This document shows, piece after piece, positions 11,511 through 22,531 of a stretch of DNA of 64,000 nt. Each line of letters starts with the position of its first letter. The stretch's first letter is position 1. The position numbers and the translations under genes were made by a program. This DNA comes from Antedon mediterranea (Eukaryota > Animalia > Echinodermata): the NCBI RefSeq assembly GCF_964355755.1, contig NC_092670.1:31670388-31734387 (forward strand), read 5' to 3'. The notes under the pieces were generated by a model. That model made no database searches. It was given only the letters and a program-made list of their open reading frames with translations, and was not told the DNA's origin.

Positions 11511-13517
11511 ATGTGGGAAAATTTTAAAGACCTCTTTCTCGCCACTATCAACGATTGTATCCCTAAAGTCAAAAGTAAAAAAAGAAACAGGCCAGCTTGG
11601 ATAACTCAAGAAATGGTTATCATGGCTCGTAAAAAGAAACGAATGCTAAAAGAGGCTTATCGTCATCTTCATAACCCAAGTAAGATGGACAAATATAGAA
11701 AGTTTAGTAATAAATTAAGAAACCTAACAAAAAAAGCTCATATACAATATATTAGGAAATTAAGTGCCGCCTGTGTAAATGGTGACTCCAAACGTTTTTT
11801 TAGTTATGTTAAGACTAGGCGTAAGACTGGACAAGTCAAAAACTTTGTTTTTAACGGTATACCCTTGGTTTCCGATATTGATGCGGTAAATGCATTTTCC
11901 ACATTCTTTGCGTCAAACTTTAACGAACCTAATCGTAATTTCAATGTTAACCATGAGATCTGTAATTGTGTTCACCCAGATATTGTTCCCCTTAATAACA
12001 TTAATATTACTGAAAAAACTATTTTCGAGGCTCTATTGTCATTGAAACCCAACAAATCCCCTGGACCAGACGGGATTACACCTAAAATGTTATCCATGTC
12101 AGCTCCAATTATTGCCCCAGTGTTGTGCAAAATGTTTAACAAGTTCTTAACGGATGGCTTTGTACCAAAAGATTGGAAACTCGCGAATGTCACTCCTATT
12201 TTTAAGTCAGGTAATCGGAACGATGTTAATAATTATCGACCCATATCGCTATGTTCTATTATAGGTAAGGTTTTTGAACGTATTATAGCAGATAACATTC
12301 TTTTTCATCTTCAATTTTTTGGATTTATAAGTCCCACGCAACACGGGTTTTATCCAGGTAGATCGTGTATTACACAGGCCTCAGCGTTATATCATGATTG
12401 GTCACAAACAATGGATGTTAGACAACCTCATGTAATTGATGCAATATTCCTTGATTGGGAGAAGGCCTTTGACCGTGTTCCCCATGATTTAGTAATCAAG
12501 AAACTGCACAACATGGGAGTATGTGGATCTCTCCTAAAGTGTCTTCACTCCTTTCTCAGTGACAGATTCCAACGTGTTGTTCTTAATAAGGAGCATTCTG
12601 ATTGGGATAGAGTGGGCTCGGGTGTTCCTCAGGGATCCGTGTTAGGCCCGCTTCTATTTAATCTCTTTGTTTATGACCTACCTCTAAATACCTCTTCTGT
12701 TATGAAGCAGTATGCAGACGATACAGTAATTTATAAACCTGTATTCAGTCGTCATGATGCACTTACCTTACAACAGGATCTTTGTAAAATTTCCAAATGG
12801 TGTGAGGATAATAAAATGAAATTAAATGCAAAGAAGTGTAAAGTCATGCACATAACTAGGAAACGTAATTATATCCCTCATTTTATTTATACAATCGAAT
12901 CCAATCCCGTTGAAGCTGTTAATTCACATAAATATCTTGGTATTAACTTCTCACGTGATTTAACATGGTCTGCTCACGTTAATGATGTATCGATGAAATC
13001 TATGAGAATGCTTGGGTTTATCAAACGGTTTGTAGGTTTCAATGACACCGAAATTTTACTACGACTTTTTAATGCACTATGTCGACCTGTTATTGAATAT
13101 GGTGCTCCTGTGTGGGATCCACATCAAAAACAACATAATATAGCTATTAACAAGTCATTAAGACGGGTTACTAAATTGTGTGTTGAAGGCGATTTCACTG
13201 ACAGGCTTAAGATTCTAAATTTACCAGATATGGTTCAAAGAATGAAATTTCATAGTATAATTTTTGTAGTTAAGTGTTTGCATAATTTAATTGATTTTGA
13301 TATATTTGAATACCTTACAATTAATTCTCGGTATCCAGAGTCCCTCACCTTTAAACACATGTATGCTAGAACTAATGCATTTAAATACTCCCTGTTTGTT
13401 AATTTCCCTCGAATATGGGAATGTATCCCGCATGAAGTTCGTAACAAAGTCCTGTTTAACTTTGGGGGGTTTAGAAGGGATTTGAAAAAATGTATTACTG
13501 ATATCGAATTCATCTAG
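11511..13517 (+). CDS. LINE ORF2 C-terminal part: non-LTR reverse transcriptase
   Basis: KSPGPDGI, NYRPISL, QHGF, FLDWEKAFD, GVPQGSVLGPLLF, YADD, KYLG; same frame as 10656, separated by one TAA at 11493. Confidence 0.95.
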   Translation: MWENFKDLFLATINDCIPKVKSKKRNRPAWITQEMVIMARKKKRMLKEAYRHLHNPSKMDKYRKFSNKLRNLTKKAHIQYIRKLSAACVNGDSKRFFSYVKTRRKTGQVKNFVFNGIPLVSDIDAVNAFSTFFASNFNEPNRNFNVNHEICNCVHPDIVPLNNINITEKTIFEALLSLKPNKSPGPDGITPKMLSMSAPIIAPVLCKMFNKFLTDGFVPKDWKLANVTPIFKSGNRNDVNNYRPISLCSIIGKVFERIIADNILFHLQFFGFISPTQHGFYPGRSCITQASALYHDWSQTMDVRQPHVIDAIFLDWEKAFDRVPHDLVIKKLHNMGVCGSLLKCLHSFLSDRFQRVVLNKEHSDWDRVGSGVPQGSVLGPLLFNLFVYDLPLNTSSVMKQYADDTVIYKPVFSRHDALTLQQDLCKISKWCEDNKMKLNAKKCKVMHITRKRNYIPHFIYTIESNPVEAVNSHKYLGINFSRDLTWSAHVNDVSMKSMRMLGFIKRFVGFNDTEILLRLFNALCRPVIEYGAPVWDPHQKQHNIAINKSLRRVTKLCVEGDFTDRLKILNLPDMVQRMKFHSIIFVVKCLHNLIDFDIFEYLTINSRYPESLTFKHMYARTNAFKYSLFVNFPRIWECIPHEVRNKVLFNFGGFRRDLKKCITDIEFI

Positions 13518-13821
13518 ACTATCACTGTGTTTTTATGTCTATTGCGTTTTTCATACTATTAGTTGGGAAAGCCACTCGACAGTGCAGTTCTTTTGAACTG
13601 ATCCACTTTTGGTTACCCGCAGGTGCTGATAGTACTTTTGTTCTGTTTTGTTGAATGATGCCGTGCCTTGTTTATGATTTTTGTATGTTACCTGGAAATT
13701 GAATAAAATAAAAAAAAAAATAAAATAAAAAATAAAGAATGAGTAGTATAGGCTCTATGTTTGCTTATCAAATAATTATATCTGGATTTTTTTTTTATGT
13801 ATAGGCTTTCACAAACTTAAA

Positions 13822-15096
13822 ATGAAGGTAACGATTGTTGCTATGTTTCTGCTCATCGCTGCAGCACTGCCTACTGCAGAGTCATGTCAACCATGTCCTA
13901 TCTTTTGGGTTCCTTACCTAGGCAATTGCTACCGAATCTTTGCGGAAACATTAACTTGGACAGCAGCTGAGAACAAATGCCAAAGTTTCACAACCTGGTT
14001 AGTATAACAAAATTATTTCGATAAAATCAGGCCTACAATTATGCCTCGACCAACAAAGGCTTCTTAAATAATTTTGTTTAAAATGGTAATATCTTGGACG
14101 CAACTTTAGATGGAAATAGACTAATAATACATGATTTAATATTTATTTATAAATATACTTTATCAATGGAAATAACTTTGCTCGTGAGTGTCACAAAACA
14201 CCAATAATCTCAGTTATTTTTGAAGTTCTTTATTATTATACTTTACTTTTTAACAATTACATAGTTGTTCTTAAATTCAATCTTATAAATAAGGTGGATG
14301 AATACAAAGCTTTGCTCAATTTTGACTAGTGAATATTAATGTATTTATTTTACCGCCATCTTTCATTTTTACATTTTAATTAACATCGTATCTAAAGTTT
14401 TAAATGAAAACAAATATGTTTAATACTTAATTCAAGAATCTTATTATGTAAATATACCTGTATTTTAACTACTTTAAACACTTACTTTAATTGTCACAAA
14501 TGTACATATCTACTGTATACAATATATTCCTAACTGAGAATTTATATAAACGTAAACTCACACAAGACAAAAAAAAAGTGAATATTAATGTTTAATAAAA
14601 TAGTATAAACATACTTTAAATACAGTAGGAAAGTCCTGATTCAACGTTTCGATCTTTAATGGACCATTTTCAGGATGATGATCGAAGTCCAAACGGAATA
14701 AGGTTTAATTTGTATTAATGTCTACAAATAAAGTAAAATTACCTTTTTAATCAAAGGATTGCAAAGGGACATCTTGTGTCCATTCGGAGTAAGGAAGAAA
14801 ACGAATTTGTTTCAAGACTTTGGAATTCAGCTACTGACGGATTGGTAACACGTGAACCGTATGCCACCTACTGGATTGGTTTGACCGATGCAAGATACGA
14901 GGGTACATGGAGATGGAGCGACACTAATCAGTTGGCAACTTATACAAACTGGGATCGAAATCAACCTGACAATCATAGTGGCAACCAAGACTGCGTTACA
15001 GTATGGAACCGAAGTGGTTTACAGACGATATGGGATGATAAACAATGTAACGCTGTACAAGGTTATGTTTGCAAACTTCCACAGAATAATTATTAG
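13822..15096 (+). CDS. Secreted echinoidin-like C-type lectin, 171 aa; coding exons 13822-13997 and 14757-15096
   Basis: Signal peptide MKVTIVAMFLLIAAALPTAES; CP.FW...GNCY, TW..AE..C, GHLVSI, YWIGL, QPD, WDD..C, YVCKLP; GT at 13998 and AG at 14755-14756 join in frame (TG|G = Trp); AATAAA at 15163 and 15173. Confidence 0.92.
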
Positions 15097-15515
15097 AACA
15101 TGAATATAAAATTAGATTGTAGTTCATGATTTTTACAAATATTCAGTGAATTTCACCTAAAAAATAAAAAGTAATAAATGGATACGATTGCATGATAACT
15201 GTACTATCATATATTTTTGTTCGTGTTTGTATTCTTTTCAGTGGGTTTCAGATGGAATTGTGTGAATATGAACCTAGTCATAGGTTTAATTGGCCTAAAG
15301 GTCTGTTTGCACATTAAATTCATTTGAACTAAAACTCGTGTACTCGTATGGAATGCATAGACCAAAGATCCAAAACTAATGCTTTCTTTTGTAGTACGTT
15401 TATAAGATTTTCCAGGGTCTCTGAATTAATCCCGTGTGTCCAGGCCATACTTATTAAAAATATTTCCGTTAAGTTTAAAAAAGTAATCTGTGAAAAAAAA
15501 ATTTAACTTGTACAA

Positions 15516-15677
15516 GGCTCTGTCTAGAGCCATCACATTTTATTTGACAAAAAAATGTGATGTTCCCATATGATGATGATTATGTCATATTACTACCATA
15601 TTTAGATATATCGCTACCATATTTGGGCACATCGCACAATTTTTGTCTAACTAGTTTGATAGTGTAGACAGAACTTT
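15516..15677. mobile_element. ~160-bp MITE with imperfect TIRs (PIF/Harbinger-like)
   Basis: aggctctgtcta.a ... tgtagacagaactt, plus internal inverted arms ttgacaaaaaaatgtgatgt / acatcgcacaatttttgtctaa. Confidence 0.6.
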
Positions 15678-16359
15678 AAAATGCTACTATATGTAAAAGG
15701 ACGGCATGATGGAGAACGATGATTTACTACAGGTGAACTGTAACTTCTCTGTTTCATTTTTCAATTAGTTCATTTAAATAAACTATTTATATTTACTCGA
15801 TGGAGACAGTAATCATGTAGTATATTATACTGTATACTGTATACTGTAGCGTTTATGTAAATACCCAACGCATCAGATCAGTGTGAAGGGAACTATGACT
15901 GCCTTCTTTTTTGGGAGACACGATGATTGATTCTACCATAATGAAATTTAAAGCTTACTTCTATTTTGTACAGTCTATTTTATATAGTTACCTTTTAACG
16001 GTTATTTGTAGACTACAGTATTTAACATAGACTCTTAGCATTGTACAATATTTGCGGTCATCAGTACTTGCTTTTCTAAATGTCGCTTTGGATCGATTTA
16101 GCCAACGTTTTTCACCGCCAATTGTTCTCCTGTCATCGTACTTCTTCAACAAACTATAAATAGAAAACAGAGAGGCAAATGTCTAAACTAGTTTTAAGAA
16201 CGTTTTGTTGCTAAGTTCGATTGCTTACATGTCGACATGAAGAGATAGATTATCTTGCCAAGTTCACTTCACTAAAAATTTCATCCATTTTGTTTCTATT
16301 CAACTTATAACAATATTCAACAGTTTCCGTAGGACATTAGCATTTGTTTCATTGAATTG

Positions 16360-16960
16360 AATTTTAAAAGCCAGGTGTGGCAAAAAGTTCTATTGCTTCT
16401 CAGTGACTGTGACAGTGTCTTTTATTTGTATTTAATTTAATTATTAGGATTTGTATTTATTTAAACGCTACAAAGCTCACTAGAAAGCATTAGCAATACT
16501 ATAACTTGAAAGAAAATCGACAAGATGCCGTGTTTATAAATAATAGATGGATTCTAAATAATTATAGGCCTCATTCGAATTCAAGGCCAGGTGTGGCGAA
16601 AAGTTATATTGCTTTTCAATGACATCTTTTTTTGTATTTTATTTGTTTTAATTATTATTTGTATTTATTTATATGCTATATTTATTTAATAACTATCTAG
16701 CATCTGCTAAAAATAACAGATTATAAATTATGGATAAATAAATAAATAATGGATGGATTCTAAATAATTATAGACCTATTTCGTACATATGCTTCATTCA
16801 TTGCGGCAAAAATTTCTATCGCTATTCAGTGATATCTTTTATTTGTATTTATTTTGTATTTGATGTGTTTTAATTATTATATTATTTGTATTTATTTATA
16901 TACTATATTCATTTAATTTTAATTAATCTAGTGTCTGTTAAATAATTATTTAATTTAAAC
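16360..16960 (+). repeat. Diverged three-copy ~215-bp tandem repeat
   Basis: gtggcaaaaagttctattgct..cagtga..tcttttatttgtattt recurs near 16375, 16590 and 16802. Confidence 0.75.
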
Positions 16961-17006
16961 AAATATTCTGATTTTATTAAATAAGTTCATTTGGATCTGA
17001 TAATGT

Positions 17007-19139
17007 AATGTGATAAAAAGTTACTTCTATATGATCCAATAATAGTGTCAAGTTTGTAAGATGATATCGGTACTTACATTTCCAGAGAACTTGGAGATCT
17101 CCCTACTCGAAAAGGGTTTGAATTTTTCCGTTACAAGCTGCTAAACTAGTTCCTAATGTCGAAAAAGATATAATATGAGGGAAGATGACGTCAATAATAA
17201 CGTCCACCTAGTAACATTAACAGACATGAACGAATAGCTTTGAAATCACTAAAGGAAGATAAAGACATAATAATATTGCCTGCCGACAAAGGAAGAGCAA
17301 CTGTAATTTTAGATAAGAAAGAATACGAAGATAAAACGAACACAATGCTGAATGATATAACAGTATATGAAAAACTACACAATAATCCTACACAAAAGTA
17401 TAAAAGGAAACTCGTTGCCATCCTAAATAGACTAAAACAAGAAGAGAAAATAACACCAAAGCAAAAAAGAATATTATTCCCTACAGCAGAAGTAACACCA
17501 CGCATTTACTGCCTTCCAACAGTACACAAAATGAATGTACCGCTTCGTCTTATTGTTGACTGCATCAACTCCATATACTATGACTTAGGAAAAAGCCTTG
17601 CCGATATTTTAGAGCCTCTAGTTGGAAACACTATACATCATGTAAAGAACTCCAAAGACTTAGTAAAGTTAAACTTGCGACGTTAAATGTCCCACAGAAC
17701 TACACATTTGTCTCGTACGATGTTGTATCCCTATTCACCAAGACACCCACAGAATTAGCATTAAAAATCATACGAATAAAACTAGAAAATGTTGATGACT
17801 TAAAAGAACGTACAAATCTCTCCGTCGATGACATTTTAGAATTTCTGTCCCTTCTGATAAATACCACCTATTTCAGCTTCAACGGATACTTCTATAAACA
17901 AATAGAAGGTGTTGCGATGGGAAGCCCAGTGAGCCCTATTGTGGTAAACCTGTTTTTAGAATGGCTAGAAGAGGAAGCACTCAAAACAGCTAATACAGAA
18001 ATTAAGCCATTGATATGGAAAAGATACGTAGATGACGTGTTAGCAGTTGTTCCAGAAGAAGCTGCTGACAACCTTAATTATCATCTTAACTCAATTGATC
18101 CCACACACAACATTACTTTCACAACAGAACATATGACTAATAACACTATACCTTTCTTAGACGTCTCCATTTCACTCATCAGTTTACAGAAAACCTACTC
18201 ATACCAACCAATATTTACACTTTCATTCATGTCACCCATTACAACATAAATTGAGTGTTGTTTCCACGCAGAAAGAGCAAGAGAATGAAGTTAAAATCAT
18301 AAGAACTGCTCTATCTACATGTGAATATCCCAAGTGGTGTGTTAACAAAAATTTAAAAAACAAAAAACAGAACGACAAAGCAGAAAAGAATGAAAACATA
18401 GAAAAACAAAAAGTATTGGAATTCCATATATCCCAAATATGTCGGAAAGAATACGAAGATGCCTAAAAGAACATAACATTAACACATAATTTATTCCTGA
18501 AAACAAGTTAAGAAACCAGTTAGTACACCCAAAAGACAAAATTAAAAAAGAAGACACGTGTGGTGTTGTATATCAAGTGAACTGTCATAACTGCGATAGC
18601 ATGTATGTTGGAGAAACAGGACGAGCGCTGGAGACCAGGATTAAAGAACACAAAACAGAAGTTGTAGAACAATGCAAAGGTGTTTCAACCAGATCAAGCA
18701 GAAAGTCGGCGTCAGAAAAGTTTCACAGCCCGGCTATCACGGATCATATGGCGACTCTTGGTCACACACCCAATTGGAACAACATCAAAATCTTAGCAAA
18801 AGAAACTGAATGGAACACAAGAAAAATAAAAGAAGCGATACATATAAGATTACACCCTAATAATATGAATAGAGATGAAGGAGCATATGAACTATCGCAC
18901 ATTCTAAAACGTAAAGATACCGACCCCCGCACATCGCTTGGATAACTCCAAGCGGTAAACTTCACAATGGCTCCTTTCAACCGTGTCACCGTCACCGCTA
19001 CGTCACCAGAACGTATTCACTTATGATTATGCCTTGCTGTTAGTAGGCGAAGTCAAGTTCTCTGGAAATGTAAGTACCGATATCATCTTACAAACTTGAC
19101 ACTATATTGGATCATATAGAAGTAACTTTTTATCATATT
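17007..19139 (+). mobile_element. Penelope-like retroelement relic (RT + GIY-YIG), frameshifted, with an inverted copy of its 3' tail at the 5' end
   Basis: ILPADKG..TV, MGSPVSP, KRYVDD, IPFLD, GVVYQVNCHNCDSMYVGETGRAL..R..EH, R.IKEA..I; 17007-17093 is the reverse complement of 19054-19139. Confidence 0.9.
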
Positions 19140-19579
19140 CTGATTTTGTACCGCAATGAAAACAGAAATATACCATATAAAATCCACGTCCAAATTGAAC
19201 TAACAGTTGTGTACTTTCATCAAAAGAATTTAGCATGGTATTATTAATTATCAATATCATTTCCAATGAGTTCAGGAAGTTCAGCAGCAAACACCGGAGA
19301 GCAGATCCGTACTGTAATTACGTTTTACCTCACCAATATCATCATCAGAAAATCGAAATTTATATTCTCTTGTTTCATATTATATTTCGGGTAGCAAGTA
19401 CACCATAGACAAACACATAATAGTTATCCACATCGATCAAAAATTGGATCGAATAAATATATATTTTACCTGAAAACTGTAATTTAAATATATTATGTCG
19501 ACAAAAACATGAATATTATGTCGACTTGACTAGATATTATTATTATCTTCACAAGCCGCCACGTGGATGGCACTTAGAC

Positions 19580-20310
19580 GCCTTTTTCGTGGTTAGGTTA
19601 TTTTATCAGTACACGACAACTGAAATAAATTATTACATGCAATATTCTTCTATTCCATTATTCATGTAATTTGCACATGGCATTAAATTAATCCAAACAG
19701 TAATATTAAATATAAAATAAAATAACAATGCCCTCATTGTAATGAGAAGATATATAAGTAATTAATTATTAATGAATTATTTCAGTAGTAACATTTTGCT
19801 CAACTCATCAGCAACATTTTCTTTGAAGAAGCAGTGAGTATTCAATAATTGCAATCATTTTTTACTGTTTTTTATTTTACCGATTGGTTTAAACATTTAT
19901 TCTTTTACCTTTACCGTACTGTTTTGTCCTGACGTAACATAATCATTGACCTATACATTCGAAGGTCCATGGTTCAATTCTTATATGATTTTCTATAGTT
20001 TTGCCACTTATTATTACCTTTAAATTGTAGTTCCCGAACGGGTTTCGTATACAGAACTTGGGCCACTAATAAATTATAATGTAATCTAACATCTTCATCG
20101 TATTTGTTTACTACATTGCATGCTATGCCTTAAATGCTAAATTGTCAATAATAAGTGACGTATATAGTATCAAAGAGTTTTTGCACAACGTTATTAGAAG
20201 TTTTCAATTTGTTAAAGTTGATTATGTCATAGATTTTAATCAACCCTGAATTATTTTTTTAAAATAAAAACAGTGGGAAAATGCTATTGGTTTTTAACCC
20301 AATTTAAGTT
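19580..20310 (+). pseudogene. Orphan duplicate of the lectin promoter, exon 1 and proximal intron
   Basis: Colinear with ~5615-6275; TATATAAG at 19751, TCAGT with A at 19784, GTGAGT at 19834; no second set of lectin coding exons found downstream in the window. Confidence 0.6.
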
Positions 20311-20856
20311 TTTCAGGTTCTCAATATACGTTTTCTGTTTTCGAAAACCCGAAATAGAAACTCCCGCTAAAACGTAGAACTTATATACATTATAAAGTGC
20401 TGTTCAGAATTTGTGATGGGGTCTCTGAGACCCCTTTATAAACCGCTTTCACCATAATTTTCAGTTGAGGTCTCTTATTTCGAGTTATCTGTTTTCGTTT
20501 CCCCGGCGGATGGGATGAGAAAAATCTAAATTTACATATACGGTGATGTATCTGTAAAGTTAAAAGTGAGTAGGCCTACAGGTATTCTCATTTATAGAGA
20601 AGCAAATATTTTTTCTATAATTTATCGTAAATATTGTGAAATTTATAGGCATACATATCGACATAATGAAGAAGATGCTGTATATTGTGTTTATCGCAGC
20701 ACTAATACTGCCTACTCACCCGATTCTGCTACTGTCCATAGGTGCTATCTGTAAAACTATAGCAAGTTATACACGTTGTTGTCTGCTATAAATGCTGTAC
20801 TTTTAACACACGGTACACTGTCTGTAGCACAGTGTCTGTTGACAATTTACAATGAT

Positions 20857-20960
20857 CAGGCCCGTAGCCAGGGGGTTTTTTTGGGGTTCGGGCGAACCCC
20901 ACTTTTGCGCGAACCCCCCTTTTACCAGCGAACCCCCCTTGAAAAACAAAGGCCCCACTT
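20857..20960 (+). mobile_element. Left terminus of a GC-rich MITE (CAGGCCCGTAGCCAGGGGG); probable internal remnant at 24840-24990
   Basis: Terminus type common in marine invertebrates; matching right TIR not found. Confidence 0.45.
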
Positions 20961-21311
20961 CCAAAATCGTGCAATTAATTATCAATTATAGCAGATTTTT
21001 TGGTCATTTTACTTCTATTGACTATGTTTAAATCGATCGAATATACAGATTGTCCGATGTCAAAGTCACTGCTGAGCGTGAGATCGAGAGATTGTTGAGA
21101 GATGATGGTTATAAATATGAAAAATGGACTGACCAATCGCGTGCTTCGGCCGGGCTTTTCGGAACGCACAAGATCACGTTCAGTTCAGTTCAATCTTTTT
21201 GGGGATTTTTATTTTTTTCCTGGAAATATTTTTCATTAAACCAAAGAATTTCACTGTGTAAACTTGAATAAAAATGGTGCTGAGTTAAATTGGTATGTGT
21301 ACGTAGGCCTA

Positions 21312-22389
21312 CCGTATATTTCGGTATATAAGACGCACTTTTGACACGCAAATTTGACCTCTAAATGTTACCCTAATTAATTTAATTACCTACTAATACT
21401 TAAATTAATTAAAAATAGTGTACTACTCTGCAATGTAGGCCTAGCTAGTTACTCACTCCTGTCTAACCACAGTGTGGTAACAAGTTTATTGAATTTTTAG
21501 TTAAGGTAAATTGTCATCCTCGACTGTATTAATTAATATTACAGTACGCATTAGATATTCTAGCCAGGCCTAGTAATACTCTCTGAACTCGCGGGTGTGT
21601 ATTCTAGCAGCATGCAGCATCACAGCGCAACACATTTATGGAAGAGTCCATTAATTACGGTGGTGTCACATTTTAATTACACAATAACTATTTCCCTTGA
21701 TCACGGTGGTTTATTTTTATTACATCTCTATGTCAACAGTCACATAATGTTATAATCATGTAGGCAATAGTTCGTATGTCAAGCGATATCTAAAAGAGTG
21801 TGTTGTTATTGTGTTAAGTAGCTTCCCCTAATCTCATAGTGTATATGGCCAACAGTGCTGATCACAAGGAGCACATGGTTAGTGCTCTCCTCTCCTCATA
21901 TTGCTGTAATGCATGCATGGAAATAGGAAAAATTTTCATATAGGCCTACCCATCCTGATATTCCTGGTTCATTATCAGCCCAAAAAACTGAACATCATTT
22001 TAATGGTCATACACACAATAAGAAGGTATATATTTAAATAATATGAAATTAAAGTTACTTAAATAGACATAGGCTAGCCCTACCCACACAGTGCATCGTA
22101 ACTGAAACAATATGGGGATTTCCCTTTTCATTGAACGTTCAGTTGAAGTAGAGACTGTTACGATGTAATAAAGGCAATCAAACAAAATTATATCATTTGA
22201 TTCTAATAAATATGTCTCAAATATCGTTGTTTTATTATTAAAATACCATTGTTTTGATTGTAAAATGTTTAAATTTCGGCCTAGAATAAGTGCGTCTTAT
22301 GCATCGACTACATAAAAAATACTAATATTTCAGTCTCCGTTATGGGTGCGTCTTATACACAGGTGCAACTTGTACACCGAAATATACGG
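21312..22389. mobile_element. Non-autonomous Tc1/mariner-pogo (Tigger-like) element with TA TSD
   Basis: TA|ccgtatatttcggt ... accgaaatatacgg|TA; subterminal taagacgcac / gtgcgtctta. Confidence 0.85.
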
Positions 22390-22531
22390 TACTATTTGTT
22401 TTTTATGTTTATAGGATAAGAAATTATTTAAGGGCCTAATATAATATACTTTTTTGCAACAATAAAGCTGTATTTCATGATCAGTACTACTAACTTCCAT
22501 AATACTGTACTATATAATTTATCTGCATAAC

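Larger units (their letters stand above)
10560..13735 (+). mobile_element. CR1/L2/Jockey-group non-LTR retrotransposon (APE endonuclease + RT) with A-rich tail
   Basis: APE and RT ORFs in the same frame; 3' UTR ends in AATAAA and an (AAAAT)n tail at ~13702-13735; 5' boundary approximate. Confidence 0.92.
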
